Shown one piece after another: positions 47,936-58,488 of a stretch of DNA of 64,000 nt. The number at the start of each line of letters is the position of its first letter. Positions within the stretch are counted from its first letter, which is position 1. Location of the stretch: the NCBI GenBank assembly GCA_963754945.1, contig CAVWIG010000024.1, positions 32,001 through 96,000 on the forward strand. Direction: 5' to 3'. Origin of the DNA: Methanotrichaceae archaeon (GTDB lineage: Archaea; Halobacteriota; Methanosarcinia; Methanotrichales; Methanotrichaceae). The position numbers and the translations under genes are program-made. The notes under the pieces are model-generated. The model made no database searches. It had not been told where the DNA came from and saw only the letters and a program-made list of their open reading frames with translations.

Positions 47936-49435
47936 TCAATCCAGTGCGAGCATCTTCCAGATCTCGTCCATGCGCAGGTTGGCCTCAACTGCCTTGGCCA
48001 GCTCATCGTATACATCGCATTCGTGAGATGTGGTCGGCCTGCTATTATGAATCTGGCCTGAATCACTGTTCTGGACCGTCTTTCTGCGGCTGTAGAGGTA
48101 ATCCAGGAAAGCATTTCTGAAGTTCTCGTTCTCAAAGATGCCGTGGAGGTAAGTTCCAATGACAAGACCGTCCTTGGCGACCGCACCGTCGTCTCCGAAG
48201 GCTGCTTCATCCTTGGGGAACGTCACTCCCATGTGGATCTCGTATCCAGTGACCTCCTGGCCTTGGATCCCCCCCAGGATTGGACCTCCACCAGTGACCT
48301 TTTTCCTTGTCTGTACGGTCTTCTTCTCGTACAGGTCGAAGCGAGTGACAGCGTCCAAGAGGCCCAGTCCCTGAACTGTACCGACGGTGTCCTCAATGCC
48401 GCAGTCGATTATCTCCTTTCCCAGGATCTGGTAGCCGCCACAGATTCCCAGGACTGGGATATCCTTTAGGGCCAGAATCTGGCGGTCCAGTCCACTTCGC
48501 CTCATATCTTCGAGGTCGGAGACGGTGTTCTTGGTGCCGGGGATTATCACAGCATCAGGTTTTCCCAAAGGCTCGTCCAAGCCCACATACCTGATCCGAG
48601 CGCTCTGCTCCAAGGCCCCAAAATCCGTGAAGTTGGAGATACGGGGCAGCTTGATTACTGCAATCTCCACCAGATCATCCCTTCCTGAGGCCGTCTTGTT
48701 TGCCTGGGTTTTATCTCCCAGGGATACTGAGTCCTCAGAGGGAAGGGTTAGATTGAGGTAAGGCATAACCCCTAGGACCGGAATGCCGGTAAGCTTCTCC
48801 AGCGATTCCAGCCCAGGCTCAAGGATTGCCGGATCTCCCCGGAACTTGTTTATGACCAGCCCTTTCACCAAAGAGCGAATTTGAGGCGGAAGCAGCTGCA
48901 CCGTTCCGAAGAGGCTGGCAAACACCCCGCCGCGCTCGATGTCCCCCACAAGGATTATCGGAGCCTGGAGACGTTCAGCCACGTAGATGTTGGCGATGTC
49001 TCTGTCGTACAGATTGATCTCGGCGGCCCCGCCGGCTCCCTCCACAACGATGTAATCGTACTCCTTCTCCAGCTCGTCCAGAGAACTGTCGACGACCTCC
49101 TTCAGGTCGTCTATCCCTTTGTAGTACTCCTCAGCGGATTTGTCAGCTACTGGTTTTCCCAGGACTACGACCTGAGACGTTCTGTCCCCCTTAGGCTTCA
49201 GAAGAATGGGGTTCATGAACTCGGAAGGCTCGATCTTGGCCGCCCAGGCTTGAACTGCCTGTGCGATTCCGATCTCGCTGCAGTTAGCTGTAACCCAGGA
49301 GTTCAGGCTCATGTTCTGGGACTTGAAAGGCGCAACGCTCAGGCCGCGGTTGCTGAGGATGCGGCATAGAGCAGCCACCAGGGTGCTCTTGCCGGAGTGG
49401 GAGGTAGTGCCTAGGACAACGATGAATCTAGCCAT
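47936..49435 (-). CDS. cbiP: Cobyric acid synthase
   Basis: GT.S..GKS, PFKSQNMSLNS, EGAG..AEINL, ISNFTDF, GICGGYQ, GTYLHG. Confidence 0.96.
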   Translation of the reverse strand: MARFIVVLGTTSHSGKSTLVAALCRILSNRGLSVAPFKSQNMSLNSWVTANCSEIGIAQAVQAWAAKIEPSEFMNPILLKPKGDRTSQVVVLGKPVADKSAEEYYKGIDDLKEVVDSSLDELEKEYDYIVVEGAGGAAEINLYDRDIANIYVAERLQAPIILVGDIERGGVFASLFGTVQLLPPQIRSLVKGLVINKFRGDPAILEPGLESLEKLTGIPVLGVMPYLNLTLPSEDSVSLGDKTQANKTASGRDDLVEIAVIKLPRISNFTDFGALEQSARIRYVGLDEPLGKPDAVIIPGTKNTVSDLEDMRRSGLDRQILALKDIPVLGICGGYQILGKEIIDCGIEDTVGTVQGLGLLDAVTRFDLYEKKTVQTRKKVTGGGPILGGIQGQEVTGYEIHMGVTFPKDEAAFGDDGAVAKDGLVIGTYLHGIFENENFRNAFLDYLYSRRKTVQNSDSGQIHNSRPTTSHECDVYDELAKAVEANLRMDEIWKMLALD

Positions 49436-49633
49436 ATCTTAATCGGGAGGGATATTCAAGTTTATTTGTCTTTTGGAAGGTGAGGTTTTCTAACAGCCAG
49501 ATCATGGAAGAAAAGGAAGGAGCTGGACTAATGAACGATATATTCCGACATGTATGTCGATGTATCTCTCAATTCTTATTCAATGCCCAGACTCTAGCAG
49601 ATTTCTGATTTTAATAGTCTTAAACAAAAAACT

Positions 49634-49930
49634 CTATCCGAACAGCGCTCCCATCCCTGCCTCTGCAGCCTCGGCCTGCTCCCTGAATGCCTTGATCACA
49701 GCCTCACCCTCAACGCCTGTCAGCTCCTTGGCAGGCGACTCAGAGAGCATCTTTTTGGCCTTGAGAGCTAGTTCGTCCCTGACCTTGATGTACATGCAAA
49801 AGCCATCCTTGTTTATGCTCATGAACTTGCATTCCACGATCGTAGGAACAATCTCATCGAACAGGTCGTCGTCCAGTACCTTCTTCATAGCCTTCTCGTT
49901 CTCTGTGCTGTAAGAGTAAACCATCTCCAC
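49634..49930 (-). CDS. Hypothetical archaeal protein
   Basis: Coupled ORF ending AEAAEAGMGALFG. Confidence 0.7.
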   Translation of the reverse strand: MEMVYSYSTENEKAMKKVLDDDLFDEIVPTIVECKFMSINKDGFCMYIKVRDELALKAKKMLSESPAKELTGVEGEAVIKAFREQAEAAEAGMGALFG

Positions 49931-50151
49931 TATCTCACCTCAAGATCATCCTTTGCTTTCTTCAGCATCTCTGTGCACTGATCCATCAGGTCAGCCGCCT
50001 GGTTTATCTCTGTGGCTGCCTGCCTGCTTATCTCCTCGATCTGCTTGGCCCTTTCGCGAAACGAGCGGCTGTGGCTCTCGTTATGCTCTATCCAGTGCTC
50101 TAGAAGATGTTCTGCTTCGTGTTTATTCAATGAGGCACTCTTTTCTGACAT
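49930..50151 (-). CDS. Small His-rich helical protein
   Basis: HEAEHLLEHWIEHNESH motif; in operon after the GGPP synthase gene. Confidence 0.7.
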   Translation of the reverse strand: MSEKSASLNKHEAEHLLEHWIEHNESHSRSFRERAKQIEEISRQAATEINQAADLMDQCTEMLKKAKDDLEVR

Positions 50152-50153
50152 TA

Positions 50154-51116
50154 CTAATACCCTCGTCTGATCATATAATCCGCCAGATCAAGCAATAACA
50201 TCTTTGCGGGCGAGTCAGAAAGTGCATCAAGCGCTCGCTTTCCACGGTTCACCAGATCGGCAGCTCGAGTCCTGGCATAATCTATAGATCCGGCCTCCTC
50301 TAGAACATAGAGGGCTTTTTCAATCTCTTGCGGTGTTGCGTCTTTCTTTCCAAAGACATTCACTTCGACGCCTTGCCCCAAGGCGTGGATCATTATCAGA
50401 GTCTTTTTCCCCTCAACCAGATCGCCCCCACGTCGCTTTCCCAGGACTTTCTCGGGAGCAGTCAGATCCAGTACATCATCATGGATCTGAAAGCCCATTC
50501 CTGTAAGCTTGCCGAATTCATCTAGACCCGTAACCTCTTTTGCTGAGGCACCTGAGAGCGTAGCGCCCATGCAAGCGGAGGCTCCATAGAGAACGCCGGT
50601 CTTCTTCTCGATCATCTCCAGGTATTCATCCTCGGAGACGCGAGACCTGTTCTCGAACTCCAGGTCCAGCCACTGCCCCTCACATATAGCGGTGCAGGTC
50701 TTGGAGAGGATGTTCATGGACAGAAGGATCAACCTCGGTTCCGCAGGTGTACTGCCCAGGATCTGGAATGCCTTGGAATACAGGGTATCCCCGGCCAGGA
50801 TTGCTCCGGAGTCGCCCCAGATTTTGTGGACCGAAGGCCGACCTCTGCGAATATCGGCATTGTCCATTATATCGTCGTGGATCAGAGTGAAGTTATGGAT
50901 CAGTTCAATGGACACAGCCGCAGACACGAGGGCCAAAGGGTCCCCCCCTGTTGCCTCTGCGGCAATCAGCAGCATTGAAGGCCTGAGCCTCTTTCCGCCG
51001 GCATCAACCAGGTGCCTGCCTGCCTTGTAAAGCTCCGTGGGATGGACGACAGGCAGTAGATCCTCTATCGCCCTGGAAATTATTCCTGCTCGTCTAGCCA
51101 GCTCTTCGTCGATCAT
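50154..51116 (-). CDS. idsA: Geranylgeranyl diphosphate synthase
   Basis: GGKRLRP, FTLIHDDIMD, RRG, GQ.LD, KKTG, FQIHDD.LD. Confidence 0.93.
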   Translation of the reverse strand: MIDEELARRAGIISRAIEDLLPVVHPTELYKAGRHLVDAGGKRLRPSMLLIAAEATGGDPLALVSAAVSIELIHNFTLIHDDIMDNADIRRGRPSVHKIWGDSGAILAGDTLYSKAFQILGSTPAEPRLILLSMNILSKTCTAICEGQWLDLEFENRSRVSEDEYLEMIEKKTGVLYGASACMGATLSGASAKEVTGLDEFGKLTGMGFQIHDDVLDLTAPEKVLGKRRGGDLVEGKKTLIMIHALGQGVEVNVFGKKDATPQEIEKALYVLEEAGSIDYARTRAADLVNRGKRALDALSDSPAKMLLLDLADYMIRRGY

Positions 51117-51137
51117 GATCCACCCTTGCCGTCACTT

Positions 51138-52478
51138 TCACTCTAAGAGAAGCTCCTGGCCGTTTCTCACAAGATGGATGTTGGACCCCAGGCTGTAGCC
51201 GGTGTCCTCTGCCATCATCAGGTAGTTGCCGTGGGACACCAAGTTTCCGTGGCTGGGGATTACGTGCTCTGGATTTATCATCCTCAGAAGCTCCCAGTGA
51301 TCTTCTCGGCAGGCGTGACCAGAGACATGGATGTTGTCGTATACCCTGGCACCTCGCATCTTGAGCTTGGTCTCCACTGTGTAGCGGTTGGAGATGTTCA
51401 GAGGCTGGGGTATTATTCCCGCACTAAACACGACTTTGTCTCCGGACTCGACCAAGTACTCTGTCTCTCCATTCGCCACTCGGCTTAAGATGGCACCGGG
51501 CTCTCCCTGATGGCCGGTCATAATGGGGAGGTACTTATCCTTTCCTTCGACCATGATCCTCTTCAGAGCTTTGTCCACCGACTTTCTGCGGCCGTAGACG
51601 GCCAACCCGTCGTCCCTCTCGGCATAGCCTGTTCTTACGGCAGTGCCCCAGTACTTCTCCATGGACCTGCCTAGGAGAATTGGCTTTCTGCCCATTTTGT
51701 GCGCCGCCTCGATGATAGACCTTATGCGGGCGATGTGGGATGAGAAGGTCGTAACCATTACCCCAGACTTGCTCTCTTCTGTCCCCATCAGCACATCCCA
51801 CACCAGGTCTTTCGCAATCTGCTCCGAAGGAGTCTTGCCGGATATGGACGCGTTGGTGGTTTCGGTTATCAGCGCAACAACCCCCTCCTTTCCGAGAGCT
51901 TTGAGCCTGGCAAAGTCCGGCGGCTCTCCCAGTGTAGGACTCCTGTCTATTTTGAAGTCGTTGGCATAGAGGATGATCCCTTGACTGGTGTGTATAGCGG
52001 CAAAGACACAGTCGACTATGCTGTGCTGAACCCTGACGAACTCCAGCTCGATGTCCGGAGTTACCTGGAACCTCTCTCCCGCACACATGGGTTTGACTGG
52101 GTTATCTACCCCGAAGATCCTCTCCGATTTTATCTCCTGATCGATCAGGTCCGCTGTAAAAGGCGTGGCTATAATCGGCGCTTTGTACTTGTGCGCCAGC
52201 TTGGAGATCGCACCAATATGGTCCAGGTGGCCGTGGGTGCAGGCTATTGCCCTTACCTTGCCATCAACGTGGCTCATGATGCTGTCATCGGGGATTGCCC
52301 CCATGGCGATCAGGTCGGAAGCGTGAAGGGACTCTACATCCGTATCCTCATGAATCTGGACCCTGTCCAGACGGATGCCCATGTCCATAACCACTATGTC
52401 TTTTCCTATCTTAATCGCGGTCATGTTCCTTCCGACCTCGTTATATCCACCGACCGCAATAATTCCAATATCCTTCAT
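51138..52478 (-). CDS. rnj: Ribonuclease J (beta-CASP)
   Basis: GGYNEVGRNM, THGHLDHIGA, TTFSSHIAR, TGHQGEP, HVSGH. Confidence 0.95.
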   Translation of the reverse strand: MKDIGIIAVGGYNEVGRNMTAIKIGKDIVVMDMGIRLDRVQIHEDTDVESLHASDLIAMGAIPDDSIMSHVDGKVRAIACTHGHLDHIGAISKLAHKYKAPIIATPFTADLIDQEIKSERIFGVDNPVKPMCAGERFQVTPDIELEFVRVQHSIVDCVFAAIHTSQGIILYANDFKIDRSPTLGEPPDFARLKALGKEGVVALITETTNASISGKTPSEQIAKDLVWDVLMGTEESKSGVMVTTFSSHIARIRSIIEAAHKMGRKPILLGRSMEKYWGTAVRTGYAERDDGLAVYGRRKSVDKALKRIMVEGKDKYLPIMTGHQGEPGAILSRVANGETEYLVESGDKVVFSAGIIPQPLNISNRYTVETKLKMRGARVYDNIHVSGHACREDHWELLRMINPEHVIPSHGNLVSHGNYLMMAEDTGYSLGSNIHLVRNGQELLLE

Positions 52479-53560
52479 CTTGCCATCTCTCTGTAAATAG
52501 AAAATTTTCTCGTATCAAATCCTCTCTGCTCCAGGATCTCCCTGGTCCTTCCCAGGATTACGACCTGCGCTGAACGTAGCGTTGAAAGATCCTTGCATCC
52601 GGTCAGGAACATTGACATCCTGAGAGCCCTGATGCACTCTTTCAGGGCTTTTTCCACATCCTTTGGGCCGCGGCATGCAGGCGCTAGCAATGGGAGGGCC
52701 ATTCCTGCCATAGATGCGCCCAAGGCCAAGCTTTTTGCCACATCTATACCGTTTCTAACGCCTCCGGTTGATATAACATCTGCTCCTGCGAATGCGCACT
52801 CCACAACACTGACGGGCGTTGGAATTCCCCAGTCCTTGAAGATCCTGCCCATGTGAAGAGACTCTATGTCTCCTGCTTCCTCTGCCCGGAGAGCCTCCAC
52901 CGATGAGAAGCTTGTACCTCCAACTCCAGAGACGTCCACAATTTTGATTCCTGCTTCCAGGAGTTCCGAAGCTACCTCACCGGATAATCCAGCCCCAGTC
53001 TCCTTGACGATCACAGGAACGGAACTACGCGCCGAGGCAATAGCCTCCAAGACCCCAGAGGCATCTCTGTCGCCTTCGGGCTGTACAGACTCCTGAAGGA
53101 AGTTCAAATGAACGGCCATGGCATCGGCATCTATCATCTCCGCCAGTCTGTCCAGGACCTCTGGACCAGATTCTCTGAGCTGCACGGCTCCAATGTTGCC
53201 AACTATGGGCACGTCCGGTGCTACTTCCCTTACCATGGAAAAGGTTTTCACTTGCATTGGGTCCTCCAAGGCGGCTCTCTGAGAACCTAGGCCCATGGCC
53301 ACTCCCATCTCCTGGGCGGCCGCGGCCAAGTTCATGTTGATCTCTCGAGCCTCAGGATGGCCTCCGGTCATGCCCGTGATCATGAGGGGCGCCTTGATCT
53401 TCCGTCCCAAGAACCGGCAGCTCGTATCGATCTCCGCCTCGCTGATTTCAGGAAGAGCCTTGTGGATGAGCATCAGGTCGTCAAAGGGCTTAGGTTCTGT
53501 CTCTACTGACCTGTCTAAGCAGATTCTGATGTGATCCATTTTTCTGCTGGATGTGGTCAT
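52475..53560 (-). CDS. fni: Type 2 isopentenyl-diphosphate isomerase
   Basis: T..RK.DH, MTGG, GSQR, HLN.LQE..QPEGD, KETG.G, GGTSF; ATG 53560. Confidence 0.95.
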   Translation of the reverse strand: MTTSSRKMDHIRICLDRSVETEPKPFDDLMLIHKALPEISEAEIDTSCRFLGRKIKAPLMITGMTGGHPEAREINMNLAAAAQEMGVAMGLGSQRAALEDPMQVKTFSMVREVAPDVPIVGNIGAVQLRESGPEVLDRLAEMIDADAMAVHLNFLQESVQPEGDRDASGVLEAIASARSSVPVIVKETGAGLSGEVASELLEAGIKIVDVSGVGGTSFSSVEALRAEEAGDIESLHMGRIFKDWGIPTPVSVVECAFAGADVISTGGVRNGIDVAKSLALGASMAGMALPLLAPACRGPKDVEKALKECIRALRMSMFLTGCKDLSTLRSAQVVILGRTREILEQRGFDTRKFSIYREMAR

Positions 53561-53562
53561 TC

Positions 53563-54309
53563 CTACCTCTCTACCTTTGTTCCCAATACATCTCCCTTCA
53601 GAACCCTGGAAATATAGCCATGTTTTGAGGCGTTGAATATCAAAGAGTTTATGCCCGCATCGGCAAGTTTCAGAAGCTTCAGAACCTTCTCTCGCATGCC
53701 ACCCGTCACATCCGTAGTGGAGCTCCCAACAAGAAACTTCTCTACGGCAGGCCAATCATCCCTACTTATCCTTTCGAGGGGCTTTCCTTCTACTAGAACC
53801 CCATCCTTGTCAGTGCCCTCAGCCACCATCTCGGCGTCCAATGATCTTGCAAGGTACGGAACTAGATCATCTCCCGAGACGATGCCAGCTCTGCGGGTTA
53901 TATCCATGGCCACATCTCCGTGCAGAACAGGCAAGAGGCCTTCCTCGATCATCAGCACGATAGGCTCCAGGGAGAAGCTCTCAATCCTTCCATCTCGCAG
54001 AGTAACGCAGGAAAAGGGGTGAATGGGCATGGGGTTTGCGCCAGATCGGGCCAGAGCCTCGACCACCAGGCGATTAAGCTCCACAACGGAACTGTGGGTA
54101 ACCCTGAGGCCCTCGGGGTTGAATTTTTCCCGAAGCTCGTACTCCTCTGCCTGTACGTGCCCAAAGGACCCAGCACCATGGACTAGGATCAAGTTCTCTG
54201 CGTAAGGAGCAACCTCTTCAGCCACACGATTTATTTCTTCAGACCGGGCAAACAGTCGTCGATTCTTGTCCGTCAGGATACTTCCTCCGATCTTCAGCAC
54301 TTTAACCAA
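53563..54309 (-). CDS. ipk: Isopentenyl phosphate kinase
   Basis: LKIGGSILTDK, VHGAGSFGH, LHGD, SGD, DVTGGM. Confidence 0.93.
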   Translation of the reverse strand: MVKVLKIGGSILTDKNRRLFARSEEINRVAEEVAPYAENLILVHGAGSFGHVQAEEYELREKFNPEGLRVTHSSVVELNRLVVEALARSGANPMPIHPFSCVTLRDGRIESFSLEPIVLMIEEGLLPVLHGDVAMDITRRAGIVSGDDLVPYLARSLDAEMVAEGTDKDGVLVEGKPLERISRDDWPAVEKFLVGSSTTDVTGGMREKVLKLLKLADAGINSLIFNASKHGYISRVLKGDVLGTKVER

Positions 54310-54312
54310 TGG

Positions 54313-55263
54313 CTAGGCCTCCACCCGCACTCCATCGCAACCTGTCTTTACAAGGAAGGCCTTACCGCGTGCTTGCATTAGTGCTGTGATCACAGCCTCA
54401 GAACCCTTCCTTGGCGGCATGGCAATCATGCACCCGCCACCTCCTGCTCCTGTAAGCTTTGCGCCAAGGGCACCGCCGGTTCCTCTGGCAGCATAGACCA
54501 GCTCACTCAACTCGCGGGTACCTACGCCTAGAGCTTCCAATAGCCCGTGATTGAAGTTCATAAGCCTGCCCAGCTCTTCCAGGCGGTTGTCTCTTATGAG
54601 GGGAACCGCTCTGGTGGATATGGCTCCGATGGCACTGAATATGGGTTCGACAATGTCCGGATACGTTGACCTCATGTCCTGGACCTTGTGTACCTCTGAC
54701 CTGGTATCGTGCTCCTTTTCTGTATACCCAACCACCAACTCCATTTTAGGGAGATCGATCCTTTGAACTATTCCAGATACTAGCATGTACCCGCCGAAAG
54801 TGGACAGTGCAGTGTCCATGGGGCTGCCGAGACCCATCTGCACAGTCTTCTCTATCCTGTGGGCACTAGATGCTATCTCTTCCCTGGTCAAGCCCGTATT
54901 CTTGTGTTGGTTGAGGGCTGCCAGAGTGGCAACCACGATCGCGGCCGAGGAACCAAGGCCTGCGGCGGGAGGAATATCTGAATCGACTATCACCCTAATG
55001 TCATTGGCTTGAAACTCTTTTAGAACAGCAGAAACGTATCTCAAAGCGTTTCGGGCTCCAGACGAGCAGACCTCTCCAGTCATTAGATCCAAAGAGAATC
55101 CCATCAGCATCAGGTTGCTGGCCTTTACTTCAAGCTTGCCGGGGAGGTCTTCAATGGTCACATTAGCCCGGAGGTCAATTGCTGACCCCAGGGCGGGAAT
55201 GCCAGAGACGACGGCATGCTCTCCGAACAGTATGACCTTGCCGGGAGCAGATGCCTTGGTCAA
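54313..55263 (-). CDS. mvk: Mevalonate kinase
   Basis: SAPGKVILFGEHAVV, PPAAGLGSSAA, AKLTGAGGGGC. Confidence 0.95.
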   Translation of the reverse strand: MTKASAPGKVILFGEHAVVSGIPALGSAIDLRANVTIEDLPGKLEVKASNLMLMGFSLDLMTGEVCSSGARNALRYVSAVLKEFQANDIRVIVDSDIPPAAGLGSSAAIVVATLAALNQHKNTGLTREEIASSAHRIEKTVQMGLGSPMDTALSTFGGYMLVSGIVQRIDLPKMELVVGYTEKEHDTRSEVHKVQDMRSTYPDIVEPIFSAIGAISTRAVPLIRDNRLEELGRLMNFNHGLLEALGVGTRELSELVYAARGTGGALGAKLTGAGGGGCMIAMPPRKGSEAVITALMQARGKAFLVKTGCDGVRVEA

Positions 55264-55273
55264 GAGACCTCCG

Positions 55274-56068
55274 TTACGTGAAAGCAATGGCTCCGTAACC
55301 TACGACCTGACTGTAGTCGCCGGTGACATCTCCGCTTGTCGCGTATCGAAGGAGCTTGCCGCTGGTAGCACCCAAAGCCCGTGAGGCCGTGATGGCGGCA
55401 GCGATGGGCCCGTAGCCGCATGCCGTGGCTTCATACCTGTAGACCCTGGAATAGAGTTCCGGAATGTCCATTCTGAGAATAGCCTCGATCAGGTTGGCAT
55501 CGACTTTCCTGGCCAACTCCTGAGGTCCATAGTGCGTGAAGTCGCTGCTGGCTACGAATGTGCAGTCCCTCTTCAGATCTCGTGCAGCTTTGCCTATGGC
55601 CTCGCCCACCTCCGTTGCCGTCTCCTCGTCCTGTAGCCCCATGGCTATTGCCAGGATTTTGAAACCAGCAAACCTATACTGAAGAAAAGGCAGTTGAACC
55701 TCAATGGAGTGCTCGTGAAGGTGAGCGGATTCTTCCTGATCTATTATAGTGCCTGCAAGAGCGTCAGCCATCTCCTGGTCAGGCTCAACAACGCCCAGAG
55801 GCGTCCTCCAGGAGTCCCTGGACAGAGCTACAGGCGCTCCCAGACCGTGATGGTTGGGGCCGAGGATGACATAGGTCTGCCTTTTGGGAAGCCGGGCGTA
55901 AACCTCCGCTGCGACTGCCCCAGAGTAAACATAGCCCGCATGGGGAACCACAACCCCCAGAGCCGGAAGCTCCTCTGAGGCTACGCCTTTAAAGAGCTCG
56001 TCCAGCTGGAGCTTAAGGTCCTCGGGGTCTAGGGGATAGAACTGGCCCGCCACAGCCGGAGACCGCAT
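55274..56068 (-). CDS. MEMO1-family protein
   Basis: R.PAVAGQFYP, PHAGY.YSG, GPNH, EHSIEVQLPF, SSDFTHY, CGYGP. Confidence 0.93.
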   Translation of the reverse strand: MRSPAVAGQFYPLDPEDLKLQLDELFKGVASEELPALGVVVPHAGYVYSGAVAAEVYARLPKRQTYVILGPNHHGLGAPVALSRDSWRTPLGVVEPDQEMADALAGTIIDQEESAHLHEHSIEVQLPFLQYRFAGFKILAIAMGLQDEETATEVGEAIGKAARDLKRDCTFVASSDFTHYGPQELARKVDANLIEAILRMDIPELYSRVYRYEATACGYGPIAAAITASRALGATSGKLLRYATSGDVTGDYSQVVGYGAIAFT

Positions 56069-56073
56069 CCCGA

Positions 56074-56694
56074 TCAAAACTCCATCTCAAAGTCAGAGAT
56101 AGTGTACTTGAACCTGTCTTCCTCTCCACGCTCACGCAGCACCTGTCTGGCCAGTAGCCAGTAGATCAGAGTCAGAGCCTTTCTGCCCTTGTTGTTGGTT
56201 GGTATGACCAGGTCCACGTTGGAGATCATATTGTTGGTGTCACAAAGGGCAATCACGGGAATTCCGGCATCTACAGCCTCGTTGACCGCCTGGGCGTCGC
56301 CGCTCGGGTCAGTGGCTATCAGGGCGTCCGGTTCTGTAAATCCATAGAAATCGGGATTGGTCAGAGTGTTGGGTATGAACCGTCCTACGTTGGACTTGGC
56401 TCCTATTGCCTTGGCAAACATTGTAGCGGGCCGCTGACCGTACTGCCTGGCAGAGACCACCAGGATCTTGGATGGATCGTACTTGGCCAGGAACTTGGCG
56501 GCCAAGCGGATGCGCTTATCTGTGGATTGAACATCCAGAACGTACAGACCATCTGTTCGCACTCTGTAGATGTAAGGCATCATGTCGTTCGTCTTCTGCT
56601 GAGTGCCGATGTGCACACCAGCAGCAAGGTACTCGTCTATGGGTATGAGAGTTTCGTATTCTCCCACTACCTTTATCACCTCATCTTCTTCCAA
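56074..56694 (-). CDS. rps2: 30S ribosomal protein S2
   Basis: [32 protein letters not shown]. Confidence 0.97.
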   Translation of the reverse strand: MEEDEVIKVVGEYETLIPIDEYLAAGVHIGTQQKTNDMMPYIYRVRTDGLYVLDVQSTDKRIRLAAKFLAKYDPSKILVVSARQYGQRPATMFAKAIGAKSNVGRFIPNTLTNPDFYGFTEPDALIATDPSGDAQAVNEAVDAGIPVIALCDTNNMISNVDLVIPTNNKGRKALTLIYWLLARQVLRERGEEDRFKYTISDFEMEF

Positions 56695-56703
56695 CTAATT
56701 CAC

Positions 56704-56889
56704 CTACCTTTTTGCTATCGCCCGTTTCACGGTGATGGGTACTACCCCCAGTCTCATCTCTTCTAGCGCTATTTCGAGGGGGTCCATAGATGCGGTATCG
56801 ATGAATACCGGGGCGCCCATGAAAATCTGCAGAGCCCGTGCTCCTACTATCCTGGCACGTTCATATCTTGTATACTTCTCACCCTTCAA
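56704..56889 (-). CDS. rpoK: RNA polymerase subunit K (Rpo6)
   Basis: [20 protein letters not shown]. Confidence 0.97.
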   Translation of the reverse strand: MKGEKYTRYERARIVGARALQIFMGAPVFIDTASMDPLEIALEEMRLGVVPITVKRAIAKR

Positions 56890-56916
56890 ATAGCCACCTC
56901 AAAAGGAAGAGCATGA

Positions 56917-56991
56917 TGGGGTTGCTGAGATTCGAACTCAGGTCACAGCGTCCCGAACGCTGTAGGATGGGCCAGGCTACCCTACAACCCC
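56917..56991 (-). tRNA. tRNA-Pro (CGG)
   Basis: GGGGTTG acceptor stem, anticodon arm CAGCG-TTCGGGA-CGCTG, T-arm CTGAG-TTCGAAT-CTCAG. Confidence 0.96.
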
Positions 56992-56995
56992 CTTC

Positions 56996-57181
56996 TTACT
57001 GGTACCGCCTTAGCGTTTCCACTATTTCCACATGGGCAAGGAGCATGCGCCTGCAACAATAGCTATCTATGCCCAGATCGTCGAGGACTTTGCCGGGAGG
57101 TTCAGTTTTTATGCGCTCCCGGTATTCCTCCCATACATTAGAGATAACTTTCCCGCAGGAAAAGCACCTGACTGGAATCAA
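56996..57181 (-). CDS. rpoN: RNA polymerase subunit N (Rpo10)
   Basis: IPVRCFSCGK...YCCRRMLL.H. Confidence 0.97.
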   Translation of the reverse strand: MIPVRCFSCGKVISNVWEEYRERIKTEPPGKVLDDLGIDSYCCRRMLLAHVEIVETLRRYQ

Positions 57182-57187
57182 GCCATT

Positions 57188-57586
57188 TCACCTGTAGGAC
57201 TTTTGGAACTTGGATCTTGCACCATGACCGCCGAACTTCTTCTTCTCCTTCTGCCGGTGGTCACTGACCAGGAGGTTTCTGTCGTACTCAGTATAAGCCT
57301 CTTTAAGTCCAGTGTCTCCAGTCCACTCAACTATCCCTTTGGCAATGGCAGTACGAACTGCATCCGCTTGCCCTATGGTCCCGCCACCGCTGACTGTTAC
57401 ATCGATATCGATGCCCTGAACCAGCTTGTCGGCTATCGTCACGGCATCCATGATCTTCATCTTGGCCAGCTTGGGCTCATAAATCTCTAAGGGCATTTTG
57501 TTGATCCGGACCCTGCCTTTTCCATCCTTCAGCGTAGCCCTGGCAGTAGCAGTCTTCTTCTTGCCGGACGAGTTGATTATCTTCAT
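57188..57586 (-). CDS. rps9: 30S ribosomal protein S9
   Basis: [29 protein letters not shown]. Confidence 0.97.
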   Translation of the reverse strand: MKIINSSGKKKTATARATLKDGKGRVRINKMPLEIYEPKLAKMKIMDAVTIADKLVQGIDIDVTVSGGGTIGQADAVRTAIAKGIVEWTGDTGLKEAYTEYDRNLLVSDHRQKEKKKFGGHGARSKFQKSYR

Positions 57587-57596
57587 AAAGAACCTC

Positions 57597-58013
57597 TCAG
57601 AAATGTGCGCCAAGCCTCTTGCTCAGATCGCCCAGCTCGATAAAGTTCGCGCTGCTGGACCCTCTGACCTTTGCGGCCTGGGGTTGTTCGAACTGCTGTC
57701 CCGACAGATCCCTGGGAACACCGATATAGATCCTGAGCCTGGACAATGCATCCCGTCCGCGTCTTAGCTTGTAGGGTAGCATGCCTCTTACAGTCCTCTT
57801 CATTATCATCTCAGGTCTTCTGGGGAAGTAAGGGCCTCTCTCCTTGTGCCCTCTGTCACGGCAAGCGAAGTACTCTTCGTAAATGCTCTCTCTGCGGCCA
57901 GTGATTATAGCCTTCTCAGCGTTGACGATCTTGATCTCGTTTCCTGCCAAAAGCTGCGTCGCGACCACTGAAGCCAGACGCCCCATGACCAATCCAGTTG
58001 CATCAACTATCAT
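57597..58013 (-). CDS. rpl13: 50S ribosomal protein L13
   Basis: DA....[19 protein letters not shown]. Confidence 0.97.
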   Translation of the reverse strand: MIVDATGLVMGRLASVVATQLLAGNEIKIVNAEKAIITGRRESIYEEYFACRDRGHKERGPYFPRRPEMIMKRTVRGMLPYKLRRGRDALSRLRIYIGVPRDLSGQQFEQPQAAKVRGSSSANFIELGDLSKRLGAHF

Positions 58014-58017
58014 GAGA

Positions 58018-58380
58018 TCACCTCAAAATCTTTATGCCGGAGCCCTTGGGGTGCTCTTGTATCAGGCTCTCTATCTTGAGGCACTTTCCGCCGGCCGATT
58101 CTATCTTGGAGATTGCCTGGCCACTGAATCCCAGGGCGGCCACAATCACGCTATGCTCCAGGTCGCCTGAGGCCAGCACCTTTCCGGGAACGAGAACAGT
58201 ATCGTTAGGACTGGTATGCCTATTGATCTTGCTTAGGTTTACTGCAGCGTAGTTGCGTTTGGGCTTCTCCAGCCTTCTCGCGACGTCGCGCCAGAGGCCA
58301 ACATTATTATTACGGGATGCCGCCTTCAAGTCGCCAATGAGGCGGACCAACCTCGGATTTGTCTTAGCTATCGCTTTCAT
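58018..58380 (-). CDS. rpl18e: 50S ribosomal protein L18e
   Basis: KTNP, VNLSKINR, VPGKVL.SG, A...I..AGG. Confidence 0.97.
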   Translation of the reverse strand: MKAIAKTNPRLVRLIGDLKAASRNNNVGLWRDVARRLEKPKRNYAAVNLSKINRHTSPNDTVLVPGKVLASGDLEHSVIVAALGFSGQAISKIESAGGKCLKIESLIQEHPKGSGIKILR

Positions 58381-58384
58381 CTTG

Positions 58385-58488
58385 AATCCTCCGCAAGGCC
58401 TCTTTTGGGCCCACTCACGCGCTGCACGCGCGTTCGAACCTTCGGGTTCATGCGCCCCGGGACTCCTGCCCCCAGGTGCGGAATGATT
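58385..58488 (-). promoter_or_regulatory. GC-rich multi-hairpin 5' leader of the rpl18e operon
   Basis: Outer stem TCCGCA/TGCGGA overlapping the GGAGG SD; four internal hairpins; BRE-TATA at 58506-58520. Confidence 0.55.

Noticed and set aside
49531-49545. TATATCGTTCAT half-site upstream of cbiP on the minus strand
   Set aside because: Matches only one half of the island promoter motif; the TTCGTTCGG half is absent at the required spacing
53561-53755. N-terminal extension of fni in the track, and likewise 61148-61219 for the MBL gene
   Set aside because: Overlaps the upstream gene; family-typical starts lie downstream
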